Below, piece by piece: positions 9,272 through 19,083 of a stretch of 60,175 nt of DNA. This DNA is from a virus (Duplodnaviria; Caudoviricetes), in IMG/VR virus record IMGVR_UViG_3300025398_000018, positions 1 through 60,175 of that record; one strand, written 5' to 3'. The first letter of the stretch is position 1. The number at the start of each line of letters is the position of its first letter. Both the position numbers and the translations under genes were made by a program. Below the pieces are notes generated by a model that was not told the origin of the DNA, searched no databases, and saw only the letters and a program-made list of their open reading frames with translations.

Positions 9272-9283
9272 GCTGGGTTTTTT
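9253..9283. terminator. Bidirectional intrinsic terminator
   Basis: AAAAAA-CCCAGC-loop-GCTGGG-TTTTTT between the convergent HNH and capsid genes. Confidence 0.8.
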
Positions 9284-9301
9284 ACTAGGGCATGTTCTAG
9301 A

Positions 9302-10213
9302 TTAGAACGAGCCGCTTGAGCCAAATGCTCCGAGAGGGTCAGACCAGCCGAAGCTGTAACGCTCACGAGATTTGTAACGTACGTTACCTGTATCGAAGTC
9401 ACCATCCATAGAATTCTGGAGAGGTGTACGCTCGAAGTGCTTCAAGCCGTTTGGAACGTCGGTCAACAAGAACCATGCGTTTGTATCGGTCAAGAAGTGG
9501 TTAACTGTGTAACCTTCAGGGATTGTGCCGTTGTTATTGATAGCGCTGATATCGTTGTTAGTTGTACCAACACGGAGTTTGGTTTCTAACAGACGAGTTG
9601 CAACGAACATCAATGCTGGAGGAACAACCAACTTCTTAGGTTTAGCAGCAATCAACAGACCACGCTCATCAGTCCAAGCAGCGATTTGAATTACAGAAGC
9701 TTCTAAAGAAGTTTCATTCAAGTCAGCTTCAACTGCAAATGTGTTGCTGTTTGTGCCACCAGAAACCAAAGGATGTGCAGTAGAGAACAATGCAACGCCA
9801 TCGCCACCAGTGTAGCTAGCGTTGAAACCGTTATTCAATACAGAAGCAGCCTTAACTTGCTTGGTGTAAGCCATTGCACGAGCCAATGCTTTGGTGTAAC
9901 GAGCAGACAAGCTGTCGTATAGGTTATCTTCAATCGCTTCTTCAGTGATTGAGAAACCCAAAGCGATGGTTTCGTGTGAGTAGCGTGTGGTCCATGCTTC
10001 TTGCGCATTGTCATAAGAAATTGCGCCGCCTTCGTTCTTGACTGGAGCAGCCGAGAAGCCAGACAACTTGGTTTCTTCTTCGAATGAACGCTCAGAAGAT
10101 TCGGTTTCGTACAGCTCTTTATGCTCTTCGCCGTAGCGTGCATATTCGAGTCCGAACAAAGCGTTTAGACCTGGGAGTAACTCTTTAAGGAGTTGTGAAC
10201 GTGAAATAGCCAT
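9302..10213 (-). CDS. Major capsid protein (Mu gpT-like)
   Basis: MAISRSQLLKELLPGLNALFG...PKKLVVPPAL...RERYSFGWSDP; located after the scaffold gene. Confidence 0.85.
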   Translation of the reverse strand: MAISRSQLLKELLPGLNALFGLEYARYGEEHKELYETESSERSFEEETKLSGFSAAPVKNEGGAISYDNAQEAWTTRYSHETIALGFSITEEAIEDNLYDSLSARYTKALARAMAYTKQVKAASVLNNGFNASYTGGDGVALFSTAHPLVSGGTNSNTFAVEADLNETSLEASVIQIAAWTDERGLLIAAKPKKLVVPPALMFVATRLLETKLRVGTTNNDISAINNNGTIPEGYTVNHFLTDTNAWFLLTDVPNGLKHFERTPLQNSMDGDFDTGNVRYKSRERYSFGWSDPLGAFGSSGSF

Positions 10214-10227
10214 TTTTTAGCTCCTTA

Positions 10228-10911
10228 TTAGTTAGATGTACCAGCAGACTGGTAGTACGAATGAACGCCAAAGTTAATCTTGACGATGCAATCGGTGTAC
10301 GCGTCACCTGGGTTAGATGGGAAATTACCGCCGAAAGTAGAGCTGGAGTTAACCAAGTCAACAATCTTAACGGCTGCTGTAGAAGCGTTGCTTACAGTCA
10401 ATGCACCACTTGATAATGTACCAGTCAAGTTAACGACTGAATCACCAGTAGATGTATTACCTGTTGTGCTGCTTGTACCACCAGTGTAGTTACCCAAAGC
10501 TGCAGTTTTACCAATAGATGTGTAAGTTACAGAACCGGCAGCTTGTACTTGGAACAACTGGTCTGGGTCTTCTACTACACGAATGAAAATATTGGTATAG
10601 CCAGCAGTAACAGCGTTAGCTGGTAAATACTGAGCATACAAAGGATAGCCAAGTTGCTGGCCAGATAACTGATAGCGAACGCCAACGCAAACGCCAACGA
10701 TACCAGTAGAGCTGGTTGTTGGAGAAGCGGTTACTACGGTAGGCTGACCAGGAGTATTGCTGGTTGTGCCCAAAGCAACTAAGTCACCATTAAAAATTGG
10801 TGCTGTGTTGTTGTAAGTCAATTGATACTCACGGATTGTTCCGCCAGTAAATGCTTGACCGCCAATTAAATTGAGCGGTTTTAGTCCATAGGGACTTGCT
10901 ACTGTGCTCAT
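10228..10911 (-). CDS. Putative capsid decoration/cement protein
   Basis: Directly upstream of the capsid gene; PYGLKP, IFNGDLV and DPDQLFQVQ motifs. Confidence 0.55.
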   Translation of the reverse strand: MSTVASPYGLKPLNLIGGQAFTGGTIREYQLTYNNTAPIFNGDLVALGTTSNTPGQPTVVTASPTTSSTGIVGVCVGVRYQLSGQQLGYPLYAQYLPANAVTAGYTNIFIRVVEDPDQLFQVQAAGSVTYTSIGKTAALGNYTGGTSSTTGNTSTGDSVVNLTGTLSSGALTVSNASTAAVKIVDLVNSSSTFGGNFPSNPGDAYTDCIVKINFGVHSYYQSAGTSN

Positions 10912-10937
10912 AAAAAGCTCCTTAAATTAAATTAAAA

Positions 10938-11387
10938 TTAACTTCCTTTGCCGAAAGTAACTTTAGTAGACCGTTCTTTAAACATCGGCATACGTGGGTC
11001 ATTCTGGGCCATGAAGTTGTTGTCTACTGACTCCATCTGAGAATTGTTCAACTTGTCATAATGCGCGGCACGTTGCTTCATAAACTCTTCAGGGGCACGA
11101 CATAAAACTAAACCACCAATTTCAATTGAACCTTTAAACTGTCCGTCAACGGACGCGTGGCTCATAAGCTCTGGGTAATCCTCAGCCTTAACAGGCTCAA
11201 AACCTTCCCTACGCTTTGCGGAGACATTCATTGGGTCAGATGCACCCATTGTAGAAGTTCTCACCCAACGATGTACCCAACCTGGGCGCTCATCTGGTGT
11301 TGGTAATAACTGTGGAGGGGTCCACATCTCTACTGGGCGTGCCTCGGTATCACGTACTTCTGCATCACGAGTAACTTTCTTAACCAT
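10938..11387 (-). CDS. Conserved head-module protein
   Basis: W.PP.LLP.P...G...RWVR; lies between scaffold and capsid genes. Confidence 0.6.
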   Translation of the reverse strand: MVKKVTRDAEVRDTEARPVEMWTPPQLLPTPDERPGWVHRWVRTSTMGASDPMNVSAKRREGFEPVKAEDYPELMSHASVDGQFKGSIEIGGLVLCRAPEEFMKQRAAHYDKLNNSQMESVDNNFMAQNDPRMPMFKERSTKVTFGKGS

Positions 11388-12448
11388 TATCTATCTCCAT
11401 TCATTTGTTCGGCAACCTTCTTGGCATACAGTTCTAGAGGCACACCTAAGCGCTTAGCAATCTGTACCTGAGTAGGCGTTAATTGGACTTTCTTGGGGGC
11501 AACTGAGCGAGTAGCAGGAGCTACAACGGCAGCAGCGGGCTTGGCACGGGTTTTAACCGGTGTTTTTACTTCTTCTTTAACTTCTGATTCTTCATCTGCT
11601 CCGAAATAATCGGGGAATCTTTTTCGGATTGTATCACTAATTTTTGCATAATACTCGTCCGAGCCAACATATTTTTCACCAAATTCTCTTGCGAGGCGGT
11701 TATGAATAGTGATGGCAAGACCTGTCATTTCATCTTCTTCCGGAGTTTCACCACCGTACCAGTCATTTGCATCAAGCCATTTTGTTAGCTTGGGGTCTTG
11801 AGCTGGTGTTTCTGGTTGTGACTCTGGTAAATTATATTCTTGCTCTTTAGGCTCGATAGGCTGCATAGTTTTCATACGGTCAAGCTTTAACGTTGCTTCT
11901 GCTATCGCTTGCTGTGCTTCTACTAGTGCATCGCTATCTCCGGCTTCATAAGCCTCTTTATAGGCTTTTTTAGCCATAGTAAGTTCAGCTTCAGCGGCGC
12001 CTTTGCCTTGCTCGATGTAGACTTTGCTTCCTTCATGAAGAGTTGTTTGAATCCTTTTGTTCTCTTCTACTAGGAATTTAGCGACTCTAATAGCCTCTTC
12101 ACGCTGTTTATCCGCTTCTTCCTTCTCGCGGCGGATGTCGTGATAACCCTTAGTTAGCTTCTTGATGCGCTTTTGAACTTTCTTGTCATAACTAAGCAGT
12201 TCATCGTCTTCATCTTTAGCTAAAGGGTCGGCCTCCATCTTTTCACGGCCTTGGTCTTCCTCGGGAGTATCGTCAACAATCTCAATATCTACCTCAGATT
12301 CCGGCTGCGCTTTTGCTTCTACTTCTACTTCTTTTTCTTCGCGGGCTGCAACTTCATCAGGGAACTCGAAAGTACTAGATTCCTCGGTTAAAGGAATGAC
12401 TTTACCGCCCTTACCAAAAGTTACGGCTCCAAATTCTTCATTAGCCAT
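11387..12448 (-). CDS. Capsid scaffolding protein
   Basis: Acidic coiled-coil protein ending LTPTQVQIAKRLGVPLELYAK; AAGGAG RBS. Confidence 0.7.
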   Translation of the reverse strand: MANEEFGAVTFGKGGKVIPLTEESSTFEFPDEVAAREEKEVEVEAKAQPESEVDIEIVDDTPEEDQGREKMEADPLAKDEDDELLSYDKKVQKRIKKLTKGYHDIRREKEEADKQREEAIRVAKFLVEENKRIQTTLHEGSKVYIEQGKGAAEAELTMAKKAYKEAYEAGDSDALVEAQQAIAEATLKLDRMKTMQPIEPKEQEYNLPESQPETPAQDPKLTKWLDANDWYGGETPEEDEMTGLAITIHNRLAREFGEKYVGSDEYYAKISDTIRKRFPDYFGADEESEVKEEVKTPVKTRAKPAAAVVAPATRSVAPKKVQLTPTQVQIAKRLGVPLELYAKKVAEQMNGDR

Positions 12449-12506
12449 TTAAATCTCCTTATGCTCGGGCAAAAAATAGCCCGGTATGTTTGCTATCCTA
12501 TCTTTA

Positions 12507-12908
12507 TTAGGCACGGGTGACACCTCTCGGGTCCTCGACAACGGCTTCTACGGAATCATCGTTAATAATCCGGAACTCTTGACCATGAATCTTAAGTCTT
12601 GAACCCGAACTTGGACGAATTAACACGAAGTCACCTACTTTGCACAGCGGACCGCTGGGAAAGCGCTCTTTGTCTTGGTAAGCATCAGGACCAATAGCCA
12701 TTACGAATAAAACAGGTGTTAAAACCTCTTCGTACTGCATGGACTGTGCTGACTTAACTAAACCACTTTCATACTCTTCGTCTGCTTTAGGGACCATACA
12801 TAAAATATGATATCCGGCTGGCTTTGGAAGTTGTGTTGCTTTTTGCTCAACCTTTTCTGGGAGTTTTGTTATATTTCCCAAGGCATCGCTAATTAAAAGT
12901 TCACTCAT
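12507..12908 (-). CDS. GroES/Cpn10-like co-chaperonin
   Basis: P.GYHIL...ESGLV...VMAIGPDAY...KVGDFVL...FRIINDDSVEAVV; start moved to 12908. Confidence 0.75.
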   Translation of the reverse strand: MSELLISDALGNITKLPEKVEQKATQLPKPAGYHILCMVPKADEEYESGLVKSAQSMQYEEVLTPVLFVMAIGPDAYQDKERFPSGPLCKVGDFVLIRPSSGSRLKIHGQEFRIINDDSVEAVVEDPRGVTRA

Positions 12909-13089
12909 CTGAGTCCTTTGTTTTTTGCTCGCGGTCTTTAATAAAATCCACAGCAAGGGCAAGACCACGGATAACCCCTGTTGTGTTTCGATACTCTTCT
13001 AAATCTTTGCAATTGCCTGCGGCAACGGACTGCGCTCTAGACTCAATCATTGTTTCCAATTCTTGAACTAGGAATTGATATTCGGTCAC
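12901..13089 (-). CDS. Small head-module protein
   Basis: Coupled to the portal gene; EEYR..TGVIRGL motif. Confidence 0.65.
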   Translation of the reverse strand: MTEYQFLVQELETMIESRAQSVAAGNCKDLEEYRNTTGVIRGLALAVDFIKDREQKTKDSDE

Positions 13090-15593
13090 TCTTTAGTTTC
13101 CTTTTTAGGTTGTTGGGCAGACATCATGCGTTGGTGCGCTTGCGTGTCTAGCTGTTGTTCTTTCTGACGATTTAAGTCAGCATGTTTTTCTAAGGCTCTA
13201 CCTAAAATCTCGCCGCCCTTTTGGATACGTTGAGACTTAAGCTTCTGGTTATTCATGCCTGCCTGGTTTATAGCTTGACCTGCAGCAATCATAGCCTGAG
13301 CTTTAATGCGCTCTTCTTCAATCTGTAACTGACGAAGTTTGAGTTGAGCATCGGTCTGGTCTTTGGTAGCTTTGCGTTGTTGCTCTTGAGCTTTGAGCTG
13401 CAACTCTTGCTGTTGCATTTGAATCAGTGGGTCTTGGGCTTGCTGCGCAACTTGTTGCTGTTTAGCTTGCTGTTGATTCTGTTGTAATAACTGTTGTGCG
13501 GCTTTAGCCATCATTGGAGCCAACTTAGCTTCCATCTCTGGAGTCATATTCTCGTCTTCTTCCTCACCCATAGCATCCATCTGTTGTGGAGGTAAAGACA
13601 TACCCATCTGCTGAGCAATCTGATTACGATACTCAAAGCCAATATGCTCATTGACGTGCGCCATCATAGTCTGTTGCAACTGCTGAGCCATTGGGTTGTT
13701 TTGTAACAATGCCAAGATTTTAGGGTCTTGCATAGCGGCCATGTGCACGGTGATATGTGCTTGATGGTCTTGATAACTAAATGCCTTAACAGGTTTCATC
13801 ATCAGAACATTTTGATTTTCTGTGACTGGGTCTTGTGGCTTTTGGTCATTTGCCATTGGTACAAGCTTTTGTGCGTTCTTGATACCAAGAACTTCAATCA
13901 TCTGTCTGTGAAGGAGCGGTAGGTTGTAGAGTTGTGGTGCTTGTTGAGCCAGTTGGAGCACAGCTTGGTACTGTACGATTTTCTGCGCCATCGTAGACGC
14001 ATTAGGGTCGCTAACCGGTAAAACCTCCACATCATCGTAATCCGACTTCTTAGCTGCTGCAGGGCCATCTTCAGGTTCATACTCGTAGTCCTCATCTGTG
14101 TAGTCTGCAATAATTACTTTTAGCAAACTAAATTCTTGTTTCATTGAGTAATGCAGACGAGCTTGAATTGCCGACATTACTTTAAGCGTGCGCTCAAGAA
14201 TTGCTAGGGTTGTTCCAACAGGAGCGTTGCCACCCATATCGGATACTTGCAAATCTCCAGCTGATACAAACGAGCGACCTTCTTGTACGATTTGATTGAA
14301 CAACGCCATTAAAGTTTGGCTTGGCTCCTTGTATGGCAGGAGCATGATGTTGTCTTTGATTGAGCCGCTTGGTACGTCTACATCTCGGAACTCTCCTGGG
14401 GAGATTGGTGTGTCATCACCTTTGACTCTGAGTCCACGCGACTTGAGACCGCCCGGTAAATTACTGAGTGTCCCTGCATCGACGAGCTGACGAACAATAG
14501 CAGTAGCTGAACGAGCATAACCGCCAATAAGATGTATGAGTCCATAGCCATAAAATCCAAATCCCGGTACGTATTGATAGTGAACAAAGTGAGTGCGCTT
14601 CAGTTTAAGGTTATCACCTTCGTACCAGTTACGGCGGATAGCAAGCACTCTTCCGGTGCTTTTCTCCATAGTAATGATATAAGGTAGTGCAATTCCGTCT
14701 TCATCTTCGTATCCTGGCAAGTCATAGTCGACGTGCATCTCAATGATACGGAACCGGTTATCGGTCGTTGCAGTAAAGCCTTGCTCTTCTGCTTTGCGTT
14801 TCTCGATATCATCAAGAATGTTTGTTGGCTCACCTAAGTCGATATCTTTCCAAAACCCAGCAGCTTGGAGCTTTTTCACATCATTCTTCGTTTTGCGCAT
14901 AACGTGGCTGATGCGCCCAGCGTTATCTAAGTTTGATGCGCCATAAGGAACAACCAAATCTTCTGCAGGAATAAACATTGCTACTTGACGACCTAAACTT
15001 GGGTCAAAGTAAACTTTCTTAAATGCTGAACCAGCTAGGGGCAAATTCCACAATAACTTTTCATGCTCTGGGCGATACTCAGTCATCTGCTCGGTCAAGC
15101 GGTAATTCATGTCCTCCGTAACACGGATGGACGCTTCTTTTTTAGAAAGCGTTTCTTTGCCGATAATCTTCGTTTTAACTGGCCCCATCGCAGGGAACGT
15201 TTCCATGATGGCTTCAGACTGGAACTTAACAACAGCTTCAGCAAGCATCGGGTGATAAATGCCACACGCACCTGCCCATGGTTCAGTTGTCTCTTCGTAT
15301 TTGAGTCCAAGCAGTTTAAGACCTTCGACATATGTATCCGCCCAATCTTTACGTGCAGACACGTCTGCATCAAACAAACCAATTAACTCGCTAGCAATAG
15401 ACTGTAGTACGCCATCATCAATATCTTCAGCAAGGTTTTTATTAAACTCATCGCTGCCAGTATCGTCATGCTCTAACCCATCAGCCGTCTCGCCAATGTC
15501 GCCGCTATCCTCAATGATTTCAATCTCAATGGTTGGGCCTTCTACTTCGGCGATTCCCTGAGGGGCTTGGTACATACCTTTATCTATTGCCAT
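13086..15593 (-). CDS. Portal protein with Gln-rich C-terminal coiled coil
   Basis: 835 aa, follows the terminase gene; GSAFKKVYFD and GFYGYGLIH motifs. Confidence 0.85.
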   Translation of the reverse strand: MAIDKGMYQAPQGIAEVEGPTIEIEIIEDSGDIGETADGLEHDDTGSDEFNKNLAEDIDDGVLQSIASELIGLFDADVSARKDWADTYVEGLKLLGLKYEETTEPWAGACGIYHPMLAEAVVKFQSEAIMETFPAMGPVKTKIIGKETLSKKEASIRVTEDMNYRLTEQMTEYRPEHEKLLWNLPLAGSAFKKVYFDPSLGRQVAMFIPAEDLVVPYGASNLDNAGRISHVMRKTKNDVKKLQAAGFWKDIDLGEPTNILDDIEKRKAEEQGFTATTDNRFRIIEMHVDYDLPGYEDEDGIALPYIITMEKSTGRVLAIRRNWYEGDNLKLKRTHFVHYQYVPGFGFYGYGLIHLIGGYARSATAIVRQLVDAGTLSNLPGGLKSRGLRVKGDDTPISPGEFRDVDVPSGSIKDNIMLLPYKEPSQTLMALFNQIVQEGRSFVSAGDLQVSDMGGNAPVGTTLAILERTLKVMSAIQARLHYSMKQEFSLLKVIIADYTDEDYEYEPEDGPAAAKKSDYDDVEVLPVSDPNASTMAQKIVQYQAVLQLAQQAPQLYNLPLLHRQMIEVLGIKNAQKLVPMANDQKPQDPVTENQNVLMMKPVKAFSYQDHQAHITVHMAAMQDPKILALLQNNPMAQQLQQTMMAHVNEHIGFEYRNQIAQQMGMSLPPQQMDAMGEEEDENMTPEMEAKLAPMMAKAAQQLLQQNQQQAKQQQVAQQAQDPLIQMQQQELQLKAQEQQRKATKDQTDAQLKLRQLQIEEERIKAQAMIAAGQAINQAGMNNQKLKSQRIQKGGEILGRALEKHADLNRQKEQQLDTQAHQRMMSAQQPKKETKE

Positions 15594-15601
15594 AAAATGT
15601 C

Positions 15602-16138
15602 CTATCTAAATGCTGGGCCATATGCCCAAGTTACCGCTGCGTATCTGGTTCCACTGGTGACAGGCTGCACGCGATGTTTTAAAAATGAAGGAAACACAAT
15701 AATGCTTCCTTGCTTAGCCAGCATATTTCTGCCAGGCTCAACTTCTAATTCCAAGCCACCGCCCTCGTACTCTGATGGGTCATTTAGCTGGATGCTACAG
15801 CTTAGTTTTCTTTGTACTCCATTTACCGGAGCAAAACAATCAATATGCCAATCGTAATGACCGCCATCTGAATACCGGCTCATCTGCATCTTTTCGTAGT
15901 AGTTTACAGGATAATTCCATCCAGCTAAAGCGTTTGCTAGGTTTATATTGTACTGCGCAACGCAGCCGATTGGGCTATAAATGTTATCCCAAACTATGTC
16001 CGATTTCCTACGCCATTCAACCACTTCACCATCTAGGTTTGCTTTTTCAGCGTTTTCCCATTTGGTATGCTTAATAATGTGCTCGCAAAACTCTTTGTCT
16101 AGAGCATTTTCGTATAGTTGGTAGTATGTATTTAGCAT
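15602..16138 (-). CDS. 2OG-Fe(II) oxygenase
   Basis: HYDWHID (HxD), RKLS, EYEGG, FPSFLKHRVQPVTSGTRY (distal H, R). Confidence 0.85.
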   Translation of the reverse strand: MLNTYYQLYENALDKEFCEHIIKHTKWENAEKANLDGEVVEWRRKSDIVWDNIYSPIGCVAQYNINLANALAGWNYPVNYYEKMQMSRYSDGGHYDWHIDCFAPVNGVQRKLSCSIQLNDPSEYEGGGLELEVEPGRNMLAKQGSIIVFPSFLKHRVQPVTSGTRYAAVTWAYGPAFR

Positions 16139-17676
16139 TAGATGTTATAAAAACCTGCGTTTCGTTTAGATTTAAACCACTTAATATCTTCTGGCTCATC
16201 GCTTGGAAGACGTAAAAACCCGCCTTGTCTAAACCGCATAAGAGCCAAAGTCATTGAGTCAACCAAGTCATCGTGCTCGCCAGATGGAAATGCAGCGACT
16301 TCGTCAATTAGTTCTTCCGCCCAACGGGTCTGGGGTGCCCACACTTTACCACTAGCAAAAAAATCTGCAACTGAATTTAAACGCGAAATCTTGTCTTGCC
16401 CTTTGCCAGGACTGAACTCGCCCACCGGGATGCCCATGCGTCGAAGCTCCTGAATGAGTGGGGCACCTGCCGCTTTTTTCTCAACAATAAGAGAGTCCGG
16501 CTCATATTCTTGGTACAACTCATACGCTTTTGCCTTGAGGTCCGGGAACTCCAAGCGCTCTTTATAGGAGTCCAAAAGGATGATATTCGGAAGATTATGG
16601 TCTTCTTCGTTGTAAAAGACACCCCAAGTCGTGCAAGTAGAGAAGTCGTTAACCGTCTTTTTTTCATGCGCCGTATCCCATGACTGAATTATGTATTCAC
16701 AACCGGGAGGATGTTCACCCTCCCATATCTTCCACCATTCCCGTTTGACAATAGCTGAGCTGTCGCTGGTGGGCTGCTGCATATACTGAGCCATCCACTT
16801 AGAGTTAGGAAGTTCGGTATGCAGTGCTTCTAATTCTTTAAGGCTCCAAAACTCAGGCCAGAGCGGCTTGCCACTGGGCAAAATCGCAGGAAACTCAATG
16901 ACTTTCCACTCATCCCCGCCACGCTTGGCAGCTGATTTCATAACCTGAGCAGTCAGGTCCCGCAAAGACCAACGGGTCATAACGACTACGATTGCGCCTC
17001 CAGGTTGTAAACGCTGACGCGGTCCTGAAGTAAACCATTCATAAACTTTGTCATACACCTCGGGGTTGAAGGCAGCAAGAGCAGCCTCTTGCTCGGAGTG
17101 AGGGTCGTCGATGATGAGCAAATCTGCGCCCTTACCAGTAACGGCACCGCCCACACCGATAGCAAAATAATCGCCACCGAAATTAGTGTTCCAACGACCA
17201 GCAGCTTTAGAGTCCGACTGCAACTCGATAGCCGGGAACAGACGCTTGTACAACGGGTTGTCCACAAGGTTACGCACCTTACGACCGAAGCCCACAGCAA
17301 GCTCAGCTGTATGCGAAGTCTGAATAACTTTCTTATTGGGGAACTTTCCGAGGAACCAAGCAGGCAGGAGATATGATGCAAATTCGCTTTTTGTATGTCG
17401 TGGCGGCATATTAATGATAAGCCGCTTACAAGTTCCGTTCGCCACTTCTTCAAACGCTTTAGCCATTCGTTCATGATGTCTTCCATTAATAAATTCAGGC
17501 CACACCTGATGCACAAACTCCATGAAGTCGTCTTTTACTATATCCCGGTCATCGCGGGTTTTGAGTTCTTCAAGGATATCTAAAATTTCTGCTGCTTCTT
17601 CCTTGGGCAGCTCTGCCAAGAACGCAGCTCGGTCTTTAGGGGGTAATGCTTTTAGAATCTCGATGGGGTCAGTCAT
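16138..17676 (-). CDS. terL: Terminase large subunit
   Basis: INMPPRHTKS Walker A variant, LLIIDD Walker B, SWDTA and HDDLVD nuclease motifs. Confidence 0.92.
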   Translation of the reverse strand: MTDPIEILKALPPKDRAAFLAELPKEEAAEILDILEELKTRDDRDIVKDDFMEFVHQVWPEFINGRHHERMAKAFEEVANGTCKRLIINMPPRHTKSEFASYLLPAWFLGKFPNKKVIQTSHTAELAVGFGRKVRNLVDNPLYKRLFPAIELQSDSKAAGRWNTNFGGDYFAIGVGGAVTGKGADLLIIDDPHSEQEAALAAFNPEVYDKVYEWFTSGPRQRLQPGGAIVVVMTRWSLRDLTAQVMKSAAKRGGDEWKVIEFPAILPSGKPLWPEFWSLKELEALHTELPNSKWMAQYMQQPTSDSSAIVKREWWKIWEGEHPPGCEYIIQSWDTAHEKKTVNDFSTCTTWGVFYNEEDHNLPNIILLDSYKERLEFPDLKAKAYELYQEYEPDSLIVEKKAAGAPLIQELRRMGIPVGEFSPGKGQDKISRLNSVADFFASGKVWAPQTRWAEELIDEVAAFPSGEHDDLVDSMTLALMRFRQGGFLRLPSDEPEDIKWFKSKRNAGFYNI

Positions 17677-18286
17677 CTAAGTCCACATCTTTTGACATTT
17701 TATTGAGCTTTACTACCCCAAGTTCTTCGTCTAAGTCTATAACTACTTGTTTTTGCAGCTGTTTTACCTCTTTTACTTCCTCTGCAACGCCCATATAGCG
17801 CGATAATTTCTTAGAAAGCTCTTCTTTTAGCTCATCTGTGGACTTATGCGTCACACTTACCTCTAATTTATCGGCAAAAAGCCCTAATTGTGTCAGTCTA
17901 CCCAACGATTCAAGCGCTCTTAGGCGGTCTGCAGCCTTTTCTCCATCAGATTCTTCAACTAATCGGGTCGTAACGTAGGTTTTTAGACGAATTGTGTCCT
18001 CTACTATGGCATTGTTGTACCTATGCAACAAGTCCTCCAACCATAAAGATGTTTCTACGTTATATGGTCGGCGTTTAGCGGTGGGGTTTTCTGTGAATTG
18101 CTTAGTCGCTTCACGACGTGCATCGTGGATTTTGTCTTTGTCGACTTCATGACCCATAGCAATCAAAAATTCTGCAGTTTTAAATGCAGCTTTTGCTCGT
18201 TCATGCAAAGTCTTAGCTTCCTGTGGTGTTAAATCCACGGGAATAGGTATCGTAACTTCTGGTACTGCACGTATTTGTTTTGTCAT
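17669..18286 (-). CDS. Putative terminase small subunit
   Basis: Immediately upstream of and overlapping terL; RLRALESLG motif. Confidence 0.6.
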   Translation of the reverse strand: MTKQIRAVPEVTIPIPVDLTPQEAKTLHERAKAAFKTAEFLIAMGHEVDKDKIHDARREATKQFTENPTAKRRPYNVETSLWLEDLLHRYNNAIVEDTIRLKTYVTTRLVEESDGEKAADRLRALESLGRLTQLGLFADKLEVSVTHKSTDELKEELSKKLSRYMGVAEEVKEVKQLQKQVVIDLDEELGVVKLNKMSKDVDLDD

Positions 18287-18319
18287 AGGAGGAAAGTTTG
18301 GTGCACTCCGGTTGTGGGA

Positions 18320-18328
18320 AGTATATCA
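18320..18328 (-). promoter_or_regulatory. Extended -10 promoter (TGaTATACT) upstream of the terminase operon
   Basis: Plus-strand agtatatca, ~35 nt upstream of the small terminase start. Confidence 0.45.
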
Positions 18329-18337
18329 GAAAAATTT

Positions 18338-18841
18338 TTATATATTATTTCCTTTTTTTCTATTCTGAATCATTGGTATTACTTGAAGGTTTGTTGGTAC
18401 GTGTAGCCCAGAAACTGTTTTACCCCGCAATGGAATTATGTGGTCAACCTCCCATGGGAACCCGGTTAGTTCTGTACGCAAAATAGCTAGTTCGTGGGCC
18501 TCTTTAATCATCCATTTATCAGTTTCAGTAAGCCACGCTGGAATACGGTCAATTTTTGCAGCTCTATATTTGGCTTTTTTAGCTCGGCGTTTAGCTTGGT
18601 TCTTTGACCAATATTTTCTTTCTCTTTCCCTTAGTACTTCCCGGGTGGGGGATTTTTTATCTGGGTTAGGTGGCCTACCCCGTTTTTTAGGGTTAGCCGC
18701 ACGTTTAGCTTTTCTGGATGCTTGCTTTTTAATTTGGCAGCAACGCACACAACGCCAATTTGATTTATAGCGTTCGCCACCATGCCCTTGTGGGCAGTCA
18801 ATACCTATATACCGTTTTGGGTTTTCAATTTTAAGTTCCAT
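18338..18841 (-). CDS. HNH homing-type endonuclease
   Basis: VDHIIPLRG..VSGLHV..NLQVI....N..KGN; N-terminal C..GH...C..C. Start moved to the ATG at 18841. Confidence 0.8.
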   Translation of the reverse strand: MELKIENPKRYIGIDCPQGHGGERYKSNWRCVRCCQIKKQASRKAKRAANPKKRGRPPNPDKKSPTREVLRERERKYWSKNQAKRRAKKAKYRAAKIDRIPAWLTETDKWMIKEAHELAILRTELTGFPWEVDHIIPLRGKTVSGLHVPTNLQVIPMIQNRKKGNNI

Positions 18842-19083
18842 AAAAAGATTATAACATAATTTGGGGGGTGGGGGTACTTTGAGAAATTTTTGCAAAAATA
18901 TTTTTTGAAAATGAATTTAAAAACATAAGGGGGGTGTTGTCTGAAAAAATCCATATCCAACGTGCAAATTCGAGTACATAGGAGGAGGAGTGGATGTTAG
19001 TTTTAAATTTTGGGGGTGGGGGTCGCTTGGTAGGGCTAAACCAATTAAGAATAGCTGAGCCAATTTTGTAAACCTGATTCAAT

